DNA of 64,000 nt, from positions 34,854 to 98,853 of the IMG/VR virus record IMGVR_UViG_3300021184_000001; one strand, written 5' to 3'. This DNA is from a virus. This document shows, in pieces, positions 1 through 9,605 of the stretch (the stretch's first letter is position 1; the number at the start of each line of letters is the position of its first letter). The notes under the pieces were generated by a model. The model saw only the letters and a program-made list of their open reading frames with translations, had not been told where the DNA came from and made no database searches. Made by a program: the position numbers and the translations under genes.

Positions 1-10
1 GTCGCACAAC

Positions 11-895
11 GTGCTGTCCTGGGCCAAGGGGTGCCGGGGGCCGCAGCTGTGGGAAATGTTCGACATGGCGCTGCCGGGCACGCGCACGCGGAAGGAGGAG
101 ACGAAGGTGCAGCGGCGTGTGCGGCGCACCCTGCGGGCCCATCTGAAGTTCTCGCCCGACTGGGACCTCATCCACCGCATCGACGACCCCCTGGCGGTGG
201 AGGAGAACGCGTTCCTCATCGACCACTCGATCATGGACCTGGCGACGGCGCCGATGCCGGGTTACTGGCGCTACCTCACCGGCGACTACGACGCCGGTGC
301 CGACTGGAGGTTCGTCAAGCAGGCGCTGCAGGTGCTCTCGTACGGGCAGCCCGAGCGCCGGTGGGTGCTCAAGCACCCGGGGAACCTCTACCACCTGCCG
401 GAGATCTTCACGGTGTTCCCCGATGCGCAGGTGGTGTGGACCCACCGGGACCCGGTGACCGTGTTCGGGTCGATGTGCTCGATGGCCGAGAGCCTGCATT
501 ACCTCCACATGTTCGCCCACAAGGTCGAGCCCCGGGACATCGGCCAGTCGTGGCTGCAGGTGCTGTCGTACGGTATCGAGAAGGCGCGCAACGACCGTGC
601 GGCGCTGACCGGCGGCGAGCGGCCCCGGGCCAAGCGCGGGGCGGCGGCGTTCATCGATCTGCCCTACGCACGGCTCATGGCCGACCCGCACCAGGAGGTG
701 GCCGCGCTGTACCAGCGGCTCGGGCTTGCATGGGACGGCGTCGAGGCCGACCGGCTGAACGCGGCCTTGCGTCGGCCCAAGGACGGCAAGGGGCGGCGCC
801 ACGAGTACGGGCACACCCGCTACGGCATCGACGACAGGCAGATCGACCGCGCGTTCGGCGACTACATGGGCATGGTGCGTACGTTCAACGCCTAA
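11..895 (+). CDS. Sulfotransferase family protein (5'-truncated by window)
   Basis: RWVLKHPGNL and WTHRDP motifs typical of actinobacterial Sulfotransfer_3 proteins; frame open back to window start. Confidence 0.8.
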   Translation: MLSWAKGCRGPQLWEMFDMALPGTRTRKEETKVQRRVRRTLRAHLKFSPDWDLIHRIDDPLAVEENAFLIDHSIMDLATAPMPGYWRYLTGDYDAGADWRFVKQALQVLSYGQPERRWVLKHPGNLYHLPEIFTVFPDAQVVWTHRDPVTVFGSMCSMAESLHYLHMFAHKVEPRDIGQSWLQVLSYGIEKARNDRAALTGGERPRAKRGAAAFIDLPYARLMADPHQEVAALYQRLGLAWDGVEADRLNAALRRPKDGKGRRHEYGHTRYGIDDRQIDRAFGDYMGMVRTFNA

Positions 896-911
896 GAGGA
901 AGAGGAACACC

Positions 912-1319
912 ATGGCGAAGAGAGCCGAGGCCCACCACTGGTTGCTGATCATGCTGTGGGTGCTGTGCGCCATCAGTTTGGGCACCTCGTGCGCTACGCA
1001 CCTGCTGTCGGCAGGGGGTTTCCCCCCGTGGTCGGCTCCCGTGCTGGTGGCCATGGCGTGCGCGCCGCTGGCGCTTAGGGAACCGAGCCCGGTCGTGGAC
1101 GGGTGGCTGCAGTGGCGCGTGGGCACCTGGGGCGCGATGATCGTGGCGCCCCCCGTGCTGCTGGTCGATGTGGCCGTTGTGCCGCTGCTGCCGTTCTGGT
1201 GGGGCGTGGGTGCCGTCGGGGCCACCTACATCGCGTCGGTCCTCGGCGTGGGCGCCGCCGTCGATGGGTGGGCACGACGGTGGTCATATCAGCAGGCCCA
1301 GCAGAAAACCCAGCAGTAG
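912..1319 (+). CDS. Multi-pass membrane protein
   Basis: About 4 hydrophobic segments; purine-rich RBS (GAGGAAGAGGA) upstream. Confidence 0.7.
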   Translation: MAKRAEAHHWLLIMLWVLCAISLGTSCATHLLSAGGFPPWSAPVLVAMACAPLALREPSPVVDGWLQWRVGTWGAMIVAPPVLLVDVAVVPLLPFWWGVGAVGATYIASVLGVGAAVDGWARRWSYQQAQQKTQQ

Positions 1320-1685
1320 GCCGATAAGGGAGGTCAGGAGCATGATGCCCAGGGGCACTTCGGTGCCGCTGGGGATGCGCCAGCGCAACCGGTGGCGCAG
1401 GCGAATCCGGTCGCTGATTGGGTACGGTGACGGTTTCTCGCTGTGTTGTCCCACGCGCGGAGTTTAACCAAGCATCGTCGTGAAAGCAGCAGCCGCGAAC
1501 GCCAAGACGAGACTTATGACGGTGGTGACGGTAAGGATGCTGACCATGGCCCCAATGGCCGACCACGCTATCCTGCAAAACGGTCCAATACGGTTCACAC
1601 GTATCATCATGTCACAGTGATCGTGGGTGTTTTGTCTCCTTTTGTGAAGGGGCCGTTGCAATCCGATCGGGCTAGACTCGCCGAT

Positions 1686-2219
1686 ATGAGCAGCACTGTT
1701 ACCGCTTCCCAGCGACCGGAGACACGTATCGAAATCCCAGCCGAGGTCGCCGCCGCGCGCGACCTCCTCGAAGAGCAGTGGCTGACCCCCCAGGAGTTCG
1801 CCGCCGACCGCACCCTCGGATGGTACAGCCGCGACACCCTGCAGAAGGCGGCCAACGCCAACACCTGCGGGCTCAAAGACGCCCGGCGCGAACGCACCCG
1901 CAAGGTCATCGCCGGTCGCGAGCAGATCATCTACGAATACCCGAAATGGCGCATCCAGCAGTTCCTCAACTACGGGATGGACGGCTCGCCACCAGGCCCC
2001 AGGCGCCGCGCCCGCCGAGACATCCGCTTCGTCGGCGACCCCACCGCCGATCAACTCGCCGCCATGACCGGCATGAACGCCACCCAAGTCCTCCACCACG
2101 TCAACGAAGGCGACCTCGAAGCGGTCCTGCACCCCACAGAGGACCGCATCCTCTTTCTCGACGCCGAATCAGCCCAGCGCTGGATCAACCGCCAGGCACA
2201 CCGCAACGTCAAGCAGTGA
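1686..2219 (+). CDS. HTH DNA-binding protein (excisionase/HTH_17-like C-terminal domain)
   Basis: PTADQLAAMTGMNATQVLHHVNEGDLEA pattern; start chosen at ATG 1686, 7 nt after TAGACT (1673-1678). Confidence 0.6.
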   Translation: MSSTVTASQRPETRIEIPAEVAAARDLLEEQWLTPQEFAADRTLGWYSRDTLQKAANANTCGLKDARRERTRKVIAGREQIIYEYPKWRIQQFLNYGMDGSPPGPRRRARRDIRFVGDPTADQLAAMTGMNATQVLHHVNEGDLEAVLHPTEDRILFLDAESAQRWINRQAHRNVKQ

Positions 2220-2238
2220 ACGCGACGCTCCCGGCACG

Positions 2239-2272
2239 GATCGGGCCTGTTACTGCGATGACGGGCCCGATC
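2239..2272 (+). terminator. 14-bp stem-loop downstream of HTH gene
   Basis: GATCGGGCCTGTTA / TGACGGGCCCGATC with two G:U pairs; no U tract. Confidence 0.5.
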
Positions 2273-2352
2273 AACATGTGTAGGATCTTCATGAGCGACG
2301 AGCGGGGGAAGACCCGATTGTCCAGGTAAAACAACACAACAGAGGAGGGAGC

Positions 2353-2739
2353 ATGAGCATGGAGACGGATGCTCAGGCTTACACCGGCCTGCCGCTGGCG
2401 ATAGACGCCGAGCAGGAGGCCATGATGGCGTCGATCGCCGCCGAGACCGGCGCGCAAGTCGAGCAGTACCGTGCGGCGCTGACGGAGGCAGCCCGCAACG
2501 GTACGCTCAGCGACGAACGCGGCGGTCAGATCGCCGACGAGGTCCTGAAGCTCGCCGCAGCGAGCTCCTCGGCGGTCGCACTGATCGCGTTCGAGCGCGC
2601 GCTGCACACGGCCCGCATCGGGGCGAAGGCCTGGTCGAACGGCAAGACCGACCGCGACAGCAAGGTGATGGCCCTGGAAAGCCTCGCCGCCGACGCCGCC
2701 GCGCGCCTGCAGGTCGACCTGGCCTGCCTCAGATACTGA
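2353..2739 (+). CDS. Hypothetical protein, helical
   Basis: 128 aa; strong RBS GAGGAGGG; coding-like codon use. Confidence 0.7.
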   Translation: MSMETDAQAYTGLPLAIDAEQEAMMASIAAETGAQVEQYRAALTEAARNGTLSDERGGQIADEVLKLAAASSSAVALIAFERALHTARIGAKAWSNGKTDRDSKVMALESLAADAAARLQVDLACLRY

Positions 2740-2748
2740 GCACCAGAC

Positions 2749-2774
2749 GCCGGGCCCCCACGCGGGGGCCCGGC
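2749..2774 (+). terminator. GC-rich hairpin
   Basis: GCCGGGCCCCC-ACGC-GGGGGCCCGGC, perfect 11-bp stem. Confidence 0.55.
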
Positions 2775-2788
2775 CCGAACGGAGGCAC

Positions 2789-3088
2789 ATGCTGTTCGTC
2801 CGCATCCCGGCCGATTTCAGGCCCCACATCTCACCGCGCCTGTTCAACATCAGCGAACCCGACCCCGACACCGGGAAGATGCACCCGCTCGCCGAGCACT
2901 ACTGCCCGGTCTGCGACGAACCCCTGGTTGTGGACGGACGCATCGTGCTCGTCCCGGTCGGCATCAGCCCCGAGGACCGCAAAGACAGCGGCTGGAGCAA
3001 CGCGGGCTGCGTCGCCGTGCACGTCGCCTGCACCGGCTACACCGAAACCGAAGTCGAACAGCTCCATACGGAGATGCTGCAATCCTGA
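2789..3088 (+). CDS. Small putative Zn-binding protein
   Basis: HYCPVC and CVAVHVAC; RBS GGAGG. Confidence 0.65.
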   Translation: MLFVRIPADFRPHISPRLFNISEPDPDTGKMHPLAEHYCPVCDEPLVVDGRIVLVPVGISPEDRKDSGWSNAGCVAVHVACTGYTETEVEQLHTEMLQS

Positions 3089-3100
3089 GAGGAAGTCGCC

Positions 3101-3388
3101 ATGGCCATCTTCCCGCCGCACCTGGCCGCCTCGGCCACCGCCGAAGGCCTGCGACTCAGCCCGTTCGAGTGGATCGAGAACGACCTCCCCGGCCGCGAAG
3201 CCGCCTCCGGGACCGCCGTCATCGGCGACTACGACCGCTTGGAGGCCTTTTTGGACCGGTTTGTGGCCGCGCGCATCGGCGCCGACGGCCATGTGCGATC
3301 GCTCCTCGCCAAGCCTGACCCCGGCACCGTCGAATCAGTCCTATACTTCCCCGGTTACTACCTCGACGGGGAAGGGGAACTCACGTGA
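3101..3388 (+). CDS. Hypothetical protein
   Basis: RBS GAGAGGAAG; tightly packed operon. Confidence 0.65.
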   Translation: MAIFPPHLAASATAEGLRLSPFEWIENDLPGREAASGTAVIGDYDRLEAFLDRFVAARIGADGHVRSLLAKPDPGTVESVLYFPGYYLDGEGELT

Positions 3389-3591
3389 ACACACCAGCGC
3401 AGCCCTCCGATGGCGACCGGGACCGGGAGGCCATCGCGCGTGCCCTGGACGCCTCCGAGCAGTACTTCATGGAGCGCGACCGGATGAACGCCATGGTGCA
3501 CCTGGCGCCGGTGCGCTATTCGCCGGTCACCGAACTGGTGCACCAGGGGCGCCAAGCCGCCGCCCGGCTGAAGGCGGCAGCGGATGCCTGA
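3385..3591 (+). CDS. Hypothetical protein
   Basis: GTGA overlap with upstream gene; 68 aa. Confidence 0.6.
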   Translation: MNTPAQPSDGDRDREAIARALDASEQYFMERDRMNAMVHLAPVRYSPVTELVHQGRQAAARLKAAADA

Positions 3592-4051
3592 GGCCTACGA
3601 CAGCGCCGCCGACACCTTGGCCCACAGCCAGAAGGTGGGCCGCTACCTCGGCACCATGATCGCCGACCTGCTCGAACGCTCGTACACGCACGACGCCTCG
3701 AAGCTGGCCGAGCCGGAGAAGGCGGCCTTCGACCGGTGCACCGACCGGCTGCGGGGCATGACCTACGGCAGCGAGGAGTACAAGGCGAGCCTCGCGGAGC
3801 TGGGCCCGGCCCTAGAACACCACTACGCGCACAACCGGCACCACCCCGAACATTTCGAGCACGGCGTGCGCGACATGACCCTCATGGACCTGTGCGAGAT
3901 GCTCGCCGACTGGTACGCCGCCAGCCAGCGACACGACGACGGCGACCTCGCGCGGAGCCTGGTCATCCAGCGGGAGCGGTTCACTATCGGCGATGAGCTG
4001 ATGGAGATCCTGGAGAACACGGCACGTCAGCTGGGGTGGCTGCAGAAGTAA
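3584..4051 (+). CDS. DUF5662-like HD-type phage protein
   Basis: HDASKL, HHYAHNRHHPEHF and DLCEMLADW motifs. Confidence 0.75.
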   Translation: MPEAYDSAADTLAHSQKVGRYLGTMIADLLERSYTHDASKLAEPEKAAFDRCTDRLRGMTYGSEEYKASLAELGPALEHHYAHNRHHPEHFEHGVRDMTLMDLCEMLADWYAASQRHDDGDLARSLVIQRERFTIGDELMEILENTARQLGWLQK

Positions 4052-4326
4052 TCGGCCGGGGCAACCAGTGCGGCTGCTGCGACCCGGCCGACGACCGATA
4101 CGCGCAGCAGCCTAACGCCCCCCACGGGCCCGGCGCAGCATCATAAACGCCATGGCCGACCATGCACCGCTGCCCGGACGCCGCGCCTGGTGGCGCCTGT
4201 GCGCGGGCATCTGCTGCGAGTCCGGCGGCGCGAGCCGCCGATCCACCCGCAAACGACGTACCAAGCGCGTTGAAGCCCGCGCCGTCCGGCGCGAGATCGA
4301 CGCTGCCCTGATCGAGAGGCATACCG

Positions 4327-4746
4327 ATGCAACTGCACATCACGCACACTTACCTGCTCGTCCCCGAAGGACGAGCAGCCCTTGAAGCGTTCTGCGCCAC
4401 CATCAACGACCTCACCGCCCTACGCGGCCCCGCGCTGGCGCGCGGGGGGCTGCACGACCTGGTCCTGGAACCGGACCCGGGTCGATGCGCCCTGACCTTC
4501 CGGGCGCGAGTCGACACGTTCCCCTACCCCTCCCTCACCGCTTGCATCGACTCCGCGCACGCGCTACTGCAGCTGCTGCCGATGACCTTCTTCAACGGCA
4601 CCGACCTGGGAGCGCTGACGATGAAGGTGGTTACCGAGTTCCGCGACGACCGCCACGAGGTGGTCGCCACCAACCACCGGGCGCTCAAGGTACTCGCCCC
4701 CGTAGCCCCATCCGCGCCCCAGGGCGCCCCTCCGGCCGCGCCCTGA
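4327..4746 (+). CDS. Hypothetical protein
   Basis: 139 aa; RBS GAGAGG; C-ending codons. Confidence 0.6.
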   Translation: MQLHITHTYLLVPEGRAALEAFCATINDLTALRGPALARGGLHDLVLEPDPGRCALTFRARVDTFPYPSLTACIDSAHALLQLLPMTFFNGTDLGALTMKVVTEFRDDRHEVVATNHRALKVLAPVAPSAPQGAPPAAP

Positions 4747-4762
4747 CAGAAAGCGACACGCG

Positions 4763-5137
4763 ATGCTGCGCATCTACATCGACGACTGCTACACCTTCCC
4801 CGAAGCGACGAGGGACGACATCCAGCGCGGCTTCGACGACTTCGAGGATGCACTCAAGGAGTACGCCACGTTGGCTGACCAGATCGGCGACCTCGACATG
4901 GGTGCCTGTCTGGGGAAACAGCAGCTGTCCTTCCACGGCTTCATCGACCGGCGCGAGGGCGACTGGCCCCGCTACTACGTCACCGTGGCCTGCGACCTCA
5001 TGTTCAAATTCGCTGGCGGCCTCATGTACCGGTGCGACATCCCCCGCGCCACCATGGGGCGCCGCACCGAGATCAGCGCGGCCGACGGCTCGTTCGCAGC
5101 CGTGTCCGAGCTGACCTTCACGGCCGGGGCCCCGTGA
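4763..5137 (+). CDS. Hypothetical protein
   Basis: 124 aa; stop overlaps next GTG start. Confidence 0.65.
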   Translation: MLRIYIDDCYTFPEATRDDIQRGFDDFEDALKEYATLADQIGDLDMGACLGKQQLSFHGFIDRREGDWPRYYVTVACDLMFKFAGGLMYRCDIPRATMGRRTEISAADGSFAAVSELTFTAGAP

Positions 5138-5871
5138 ACGGGGCCGCGTTCCTGGAACTGGTCGCCCAGATCGAAGCCTGGGAGACCACGTGCGCGCTCA
5201 CGGCCGCATCCGATGCCGAGCTGGACGCCGACATGCGCACCACCCCCTTCTACGACGTCATCAGCGACCAGCGCCTGGAGGTGCCGGTCCGCAGGCTCTG
5301 CCGCAAGCTGACCCCCAACCACCGCAAGTGGCTGTGGTCGAAGATCAAAACGCGGCTGGCCGCCCTGGTGACTCGGGGAAGCCCCCGTGAGGTCGACGGA
5401 CGCCTGCAGCCGGGCGAGTGGCAGATCAAGATCCCCGCCGCCCCGTGCGGCTGGCTGAATGCCAACAAGAGCCTCGACCGCAACGTCGCCTCCCGGCTGC
5501 GGTCCCAATGGCGCCACCACGTCTACCAGGCCGCGCTCGCTGAGCGCAAGCGGCTTCCGCAGGGCTTGGAGTACGTCAAGGTCGACCTGCAGTTCCAGGT
5601 CAAGACCTACGGCCTGCGCGACAACGCGAACCTCGGGCCCACGGCGAAGCCGATCGTGGACGCGTTCGGGCCCTCCCGGACCTACCAGGTGAAGAACAAG
5701 TGGGTGCACGAGCCGGGGCTGGGGGTCTATGTGGGGGACGACCCTACCCACATGGCTGCAGGGGGTGCGTTCCTGGACTGGTTCGACGAGGAGTACAAAG
5801 GACCGCTCGACGGCATCGTATGGATGCGCATCATCGACCTCTCCCCCCTCCCGAAACTGGAGCGCCACTGA
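5134..5871 (+). CDS. RusA-like Holliday junction resolvase with N-terminal extension
   Basis: WLNAN and LRDNANLGPTAKPIVDAF resemble the actinophage RusA D-x-x-N...K...D signature. Confidence 0.6.
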   Translation: MNGAAFLELVAQIEAWETTCALTAASDAELDADMRTTPFYDVISDQRLEVPVRRLCRKLTPNHRKWLWSKIKTRLAALVTRGSPREVDGRLQPGEWQIKIPAAPCGWLNANKSLDRNVASRLRSQWRHHVYQAALAERKRLPQGLEYVKVDLQFQVKTYGLRDNANLGPTAKPIVDAFGPSRTYQVKNKWVHEPGLGVYVGDDPTHMAAGGAFLDWFDEEYKGPLDGIVWMRIIDLSPLPKLERH

Positions 5872-5967
5872 AGAAATCGTATTGGTGAACGAGGTACACA
5901 TTTGCTTCCTCCTGTCGTACGATGACCGTCGGTTCCCAGACGATTACGGCACCGATTCGGAGGATGC

Positions 5968-6873
5968 ATGTTCGATGAGCTACACCGGGGGCCCGGCGGC
6001 ACGTTCACCATCGGCGGCGGCACGTTCGAGGCCATGACCACCGTCCGGTCGCACAGCGGCCTGCAGACGATGTGGATCTACGGCCTCCACTGGCCGCACT
6101 GCTGCGAATGCGACGGCACGCACGCCCCCATCAGTTTCGGCGAAGGCCACTTCCTCGCGAAGTTCCACATCGCCAACTTCAACTTCTGGATGCACACCGG
6201 CATCGACGTGCGCGAAGTCGAAGGGGAGATGAACCGCTGGCTAGAATCAGGTGACCTACCCGACTGGGTGGTCCACTCGGGACCGTTACCGCTTGGCCAT
6301 GAGGGACAATCACATTGCATGGCCGCCGCCGGGCGCGACATCCGGCAGCGGCCCACCAGAACCACCTCTACGCGAAAGGCTCAGGTTCTGATGTATCAAC
6401 ACTCTACGCAAGGCCGACACCGCAGCAAAGGCCCCGGCGCCCTCGACGAAAACATCATCGAGCTGCGGCGCAGGCGCCAGCGCCGAGGGCGCACCGTCCT
6501 CGCCACCGGGTGCACCATCGCCTACTTCCCGCACGGGGACCTGGTCATCCGGGTCAGTGCGAGCGAAGAGACCGGTGTGTCCGACGAGATGATCCTCGAC
6601 GTCGCCGTCGCCTCAGGTCCCATGCCCTACTCCTTCATGGGATGCCTGGACCTGCGCTGGCGGGAGGTGGGCTACCTCTCCCACCGGTGGGCGATGCCCA
6701 CGTTCGGCTGGGACAACGGCGTCGTCCCGTGCTTCGAAGCGGTCGACGAGGTGGCCGCGAAAGGCTTCGCCGCCTACTACCACCTGCACAAGGGGTACGA
6801 ACTCAAACCGGAGGACGGCATCGTGGCCAACCCGGCTCCGATCTGGACGGAAGTCGAGATCGCATCAACTTAA
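5968..6873 (+). CDS. Hypothetical protein (possibly two fused ORFs)
   Basis: 301 aa; internal ATG at 6391 follows a linker-like stretch. Confidence 0.55.
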   Translation: MFDELHRGPGGTFTIGGGTFEAMTTVRSHSGLQTMWIYGLHWPHCCECDGTHAPISFGEGHFLAKFHIANFNFWMHTGIDVREVEGEMNRWLESGDLPDWVVHSGPLPLGHEGQSHCMAAAGRDIRQRPTRTTSTRKAQVLMYQHSTQGRHRSKGPGALDENIIELRRRRQRRGRTVLATGCTIAYFPHGDLVIRVSASEETGVSDEMILDVAVASGPMPYSFMGCLDLRWREVGYLSHRWAMPTFGWDNGVVPCFEAVDEVAAKGFAAYYHLHKGYELKPEDGIVANPAPIWTEVEIAST

Positions 6874-6883
6874 CTCTGGGGTT

Positions 6884-6919
6884 GGGGGCTGGGGACTGGA
6901 TCACCCCAGCCCCCTTTTT
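6884..6919 (+). terminator. Rho-independent terminator
   Basis: GGGGGCTGGGG / CCCCAGCCCCC stem followed by TTTTT. Confidence 0.8.
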
Positions 6920-6975
6920 GCTGCCCGGGAACACCCCAACAACAGAGTGCATCAGACTTGATGTACAATCATGAC

Positions 6976-7203
6976 ATGAAACGACGTACGATCAGTATTG
7001 AAGATGAGGTGTGGGAAACCGCCATCGCCTCGGGGAACGCCTCCCGGTTCATCACCGAATCGATCCTGATGAGGGAGCAGACCGAAAACGCCAGCGCCGC
7101 CGCATCGCTGCTGGCGGCCATCGACCCCCAGACGCTGGCGTTCTGGGAGGGCGAATCCTCCCGCGCGGCGACACAGTCCTGGAGCGGTGGTAACGACCAG
7201 TGA
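6976..7203 (+). CDS. Putative antitoxin (RHH-like N-terminus)
   Basis: MKRRTISIEDEVWE beta-strand/helix start; GTGA overlap with toxin; TACAAT 6 nt before ATG. Confidence 0.6.
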   Translation: MKRRTISIEDEVWETAIASGNASRFITESILMREQTENASAAASLLAAIDPQTLAFWEGESSRAATQSWSGGNDQ

Positions 7204-7511
7204 CCACGCAGGCTGGAGGCGTCTACCACTACCAAGCCGACACCAACCGCCTCGTGGTCGTGCTGACCGGGGCGGCCTACAACATCGTTACTCGTAGGCC
7301 GGTGGTGTGCCCTCTCGTCCTCACCGAGGAAGTCATCGGCCCTGTGGCCGCTGATCCGCTCCACACCATCGCGCCGTCGCCGGGGTTCGTTGCCTACCCG
7401 TTGCGGTTCTGGGTTCCCGACACGGCTCTCGCCGGATTCGTCGGCAACGTCGAGACGAGCGTGCTGCAACGCGTGCAGCGCGCTGCTCGTGACGGGTACA
7501 GCGCCGCCTGA
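7200..7511 (+). CDS. PemK/MazF-like toxin
   Basis: RLVVVLTGAAYNIVTRRPVVCPL matches the MazF RPxLVVSxxxYN...VxPL pattern; 103 aa. Confidence 0.6.
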   Translation: MTTQAGGVYHYQADTNRLVVVLTGAAYNIVTRRPVVCPLVLTEEVIGPVAADPLHTIAPSPGFVAYPLRFWVPDTALAGFVGNVETSVLQRVQRAARDGYSAA

Positions 7512-7606
7512 CATGCGCTAAACATGACAAACGCTATGTCGGCGCCCAAAGGTAGTCTCATCGGACATGCGCATCGCGCACATCCGAAACTACCTGAGGA
7601 AGTCAC

Positions 7607-8056
7607 ATGGCTGGCGAACCTATCGTCGAATTCGTCGGACGCGTCGTCCGCGACCCTGAACTGGCCCACATCCCCTCCGGCGTCCCTGTCGTCAACTTCT
7701 CCGTCGCCGTCACCCCACGACTGAAGAACCAGCACACCGACACCTGGGAAGATGGCACCACCCTCTTCTTCGACTGCGCCGCCTGGCGTACCTACGCCGA
7801 GAACGTCGCACGCACCTTCACCAAGGGCATGCACGTGTGGGTGCGCGGCCGACTGGTCGACGACTCCTACGAACGAGACGGCCAGACCATCCGCCGCTGG
7901 AAAGTCGACATCGACGAAACCGGCCCGACCCTGCGCTACGCCACCGCGACCATCACTGACACCCCCCGCACCGGCAACGGCGACACCCGATCCACCTACG
8001 TTCCAGCACCACCGCCCGTCCCCGGCGCGGGCGACAACTTCGGCGCACCGTTCTAG
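7607..8056 (+). CDS. ssb: Single-stranded DNA-binding protein
   Basis: VGRVVRDPEL, NFSVAVTPR, FFDCAAWR, KGMHVWVRGRL: actinobacterial SSB OB fold. Confidence 0.92.
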   Translation: MAGEPIVEFVGRVVRDPELAHIPSGVPVVNFSVAVTPRLKNQHTDTWEDGTTLFFDCAAWRTYAENVARTFTKGMHVWVRGRLVDDSYERDGQTIRRWKVDIDETGPTLRYATATITDTPRTGNGDTRSTYVPAPPPVPGAGDNFGAPF

Positions 8057-8058
8057 TC

Positions 8059-8319
8059 ATGGACGCCTACCACCACCGCACCACCCGCTGGCGATCCTTC
8101 GAGGTCATCGTTGTCAGCGGCGAACGCACCTACTACGGCCGCCAGGTCGAACCCGACCGAGCCTTGAGCGAGGCCCGCTGGAAGCTCGCGCTCCACGGCC
8201 CGGCGGACCCCGATGACGTGAACGACGAGAACGCCCTCGCACGCCTGATCGGCGGCCACGCCCTCGTCAGTCACTGCGCCGATGGCACCACCGTCACCGT
8301 CGCACCGCTCACCTTCTGA
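8059..8319 (+). CDS. Hypothetical protein
   Basis: 86 aa filling the gap between ssb and the ATPase. Confidence 0.6.
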   Translation: MDAYHHRTTRWRSFEVIVVSGERTYYGRQVEPDRALSEARWKLALHGPADPDDVNDENALARLIGGHALVSHCADGTTVTVAPLTF

Positions 8320-8330
8320 AAGGAGTCCCC

Positions 8331-9605
8331 ATGGCCACCATCACCCGTGAAGTCCCCATGGACTTGACCGCACTGCCGATCCAGCAGTGCCCGAAGTCGA
8401 ACATCTTCGCCCTCATCTACGGCGAGGGCGGCACCGGCAAAGGACAGTTCGCCCTGCGGCTGGCCCACCGCCTGACCGCCCCTCACGGGGGCATCATCGT
8501 CGCCATCGAAGCCGACGGCGACCGCATGCGCCACCACGCCCGCCGCCCCGACGGCAGTGGCTTCATCTGGCGGCCGATCAAGTTCCCCAAAGCCAATCCC
8601 GACCGGCTCACCAAGGTCGTGGGGGAGCTGGCCGACGCCGCTGCCGTGGCCACGGTCCCGATCGCGGTCATCGTCGACGGTGCAAGCCGCTTCTGGAACG
8701 ACCCGCACGGCTTCAAGGACCGCGCCGAAGAATACGGCGGCACCAACTCCAAGGGGCAGGCCAACCTCAAGGGGTGGGGTCCCGTCAAGGCCGAAGAGAA
8801 GGCCCTGTACATGAACTTGCAGCGGCTGAAAGCGTACGCGCACGTCATCATGTGCTTCGAGCAGACCCCCGAGTTCGTGAAACAGGAGCCGGTCGGCGTC
8901 AAGCTGGACGCCCGCAAGGGCATCACCCACGAGGCCGACTTCATTTTCCGCATGGAACGCCACCTCAAGCAGGAGGCCACCGCCCACGAGACGAACCTCA
9001 AGAAGGGCGCCGCCGACGTTCACCGCGCCATCGTGGAGAAGACCGCGCTGGTGAAGCTGCGGACGAAGGACGACGGCATGGTCGACTTCAAGTACCCGAT
9101 GCCGACCGGCACCGTCTTCGTCGACCCGGGTCCGGCCGTCGCTGACCTCATGCTGGCCGAGCTCGACGGCCTCGACAACACCGTCGAAGCTGAAACCAGC
9201 GCCTACCTTGAGCAGCTGCAGGGCGCCGACCAGCACGTGCTGCGCGAAGCGTGGCTGTGGGTCCGCGACGGCGCCTGGTGGCCTGAAGAGGTCAAGGAAA
9301 CCGTGAAGGCCGCCATCAACGCCCTCGCCACCGGCACCTCTGCACCCGCACCGGCCGCTGCGCCGACGGAAGAGATGCCATACGCGTGGGGTTCCCTCAC
9401 CATCAACTCCCGTGTCGAAGAATGGATAGACGCGGCCGAGAAGATCCTCGACGCCGAACGCGAAGAAGTGGAGAAATTCGAAACCCACGCCACCCTCCAC
9501 GAACGCCTCGACGACGTCATCGGATACGTCAAGAACCGTAAGGAAGAGCTCAACGTGGCCGAAGGCGTCGCCGGTAGCGGCCAACCACACCAGGACCCTG
9601 AATGA
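8331..9605 (+). CDS. AAA_24 / Sak4-like recombination ATPase
   Basis: IYGEGGTGK Walker A and VIVDG Walker B; lies between SSB and exonuclease. Confidence 0.7.
   Translation: MATITREVPMDLTALPIQQCPKSNIFALIYGEGGTGKGQFALRLAHRLTAPHGGIIVAIEADGDRMRHHARRPDGSGFIWRPIKFPKANPDRLTKVVGELADAAAVATVPIAVIVDGASRFWNDPHGFKDRAEEYGGTNSKGQANLKGWGPVKAEEKALYMNLQRLKAYAHVIMCFEQTPEFVKQEPVGVKLDARKGITHEADFIFRMERHLKQEATAHETNLKKGAADVHRAIVEKTALVKLRTKDDGMVDFKYPMPTGTVFVDPGPAVADLMLAELDGLDNTVEAETSAYLEQLQGADQHVLREAWLWVRDGAWWPEEVKETVKAAINALATGTSAPAPAAAPTEEMPYAWGSLTINSRVEEWIDAAEKILDAEREEVEKFETHATLHERLDDVIGYVKNRKEELNVAEGVAGSGQPHQDPE

Noticed and set aside
4152-4385. Arg-rich ORF MADHAPLPG
   Set aside because: Overlaps the next gene by 59 nt with weak start signals; not supportable as a gene
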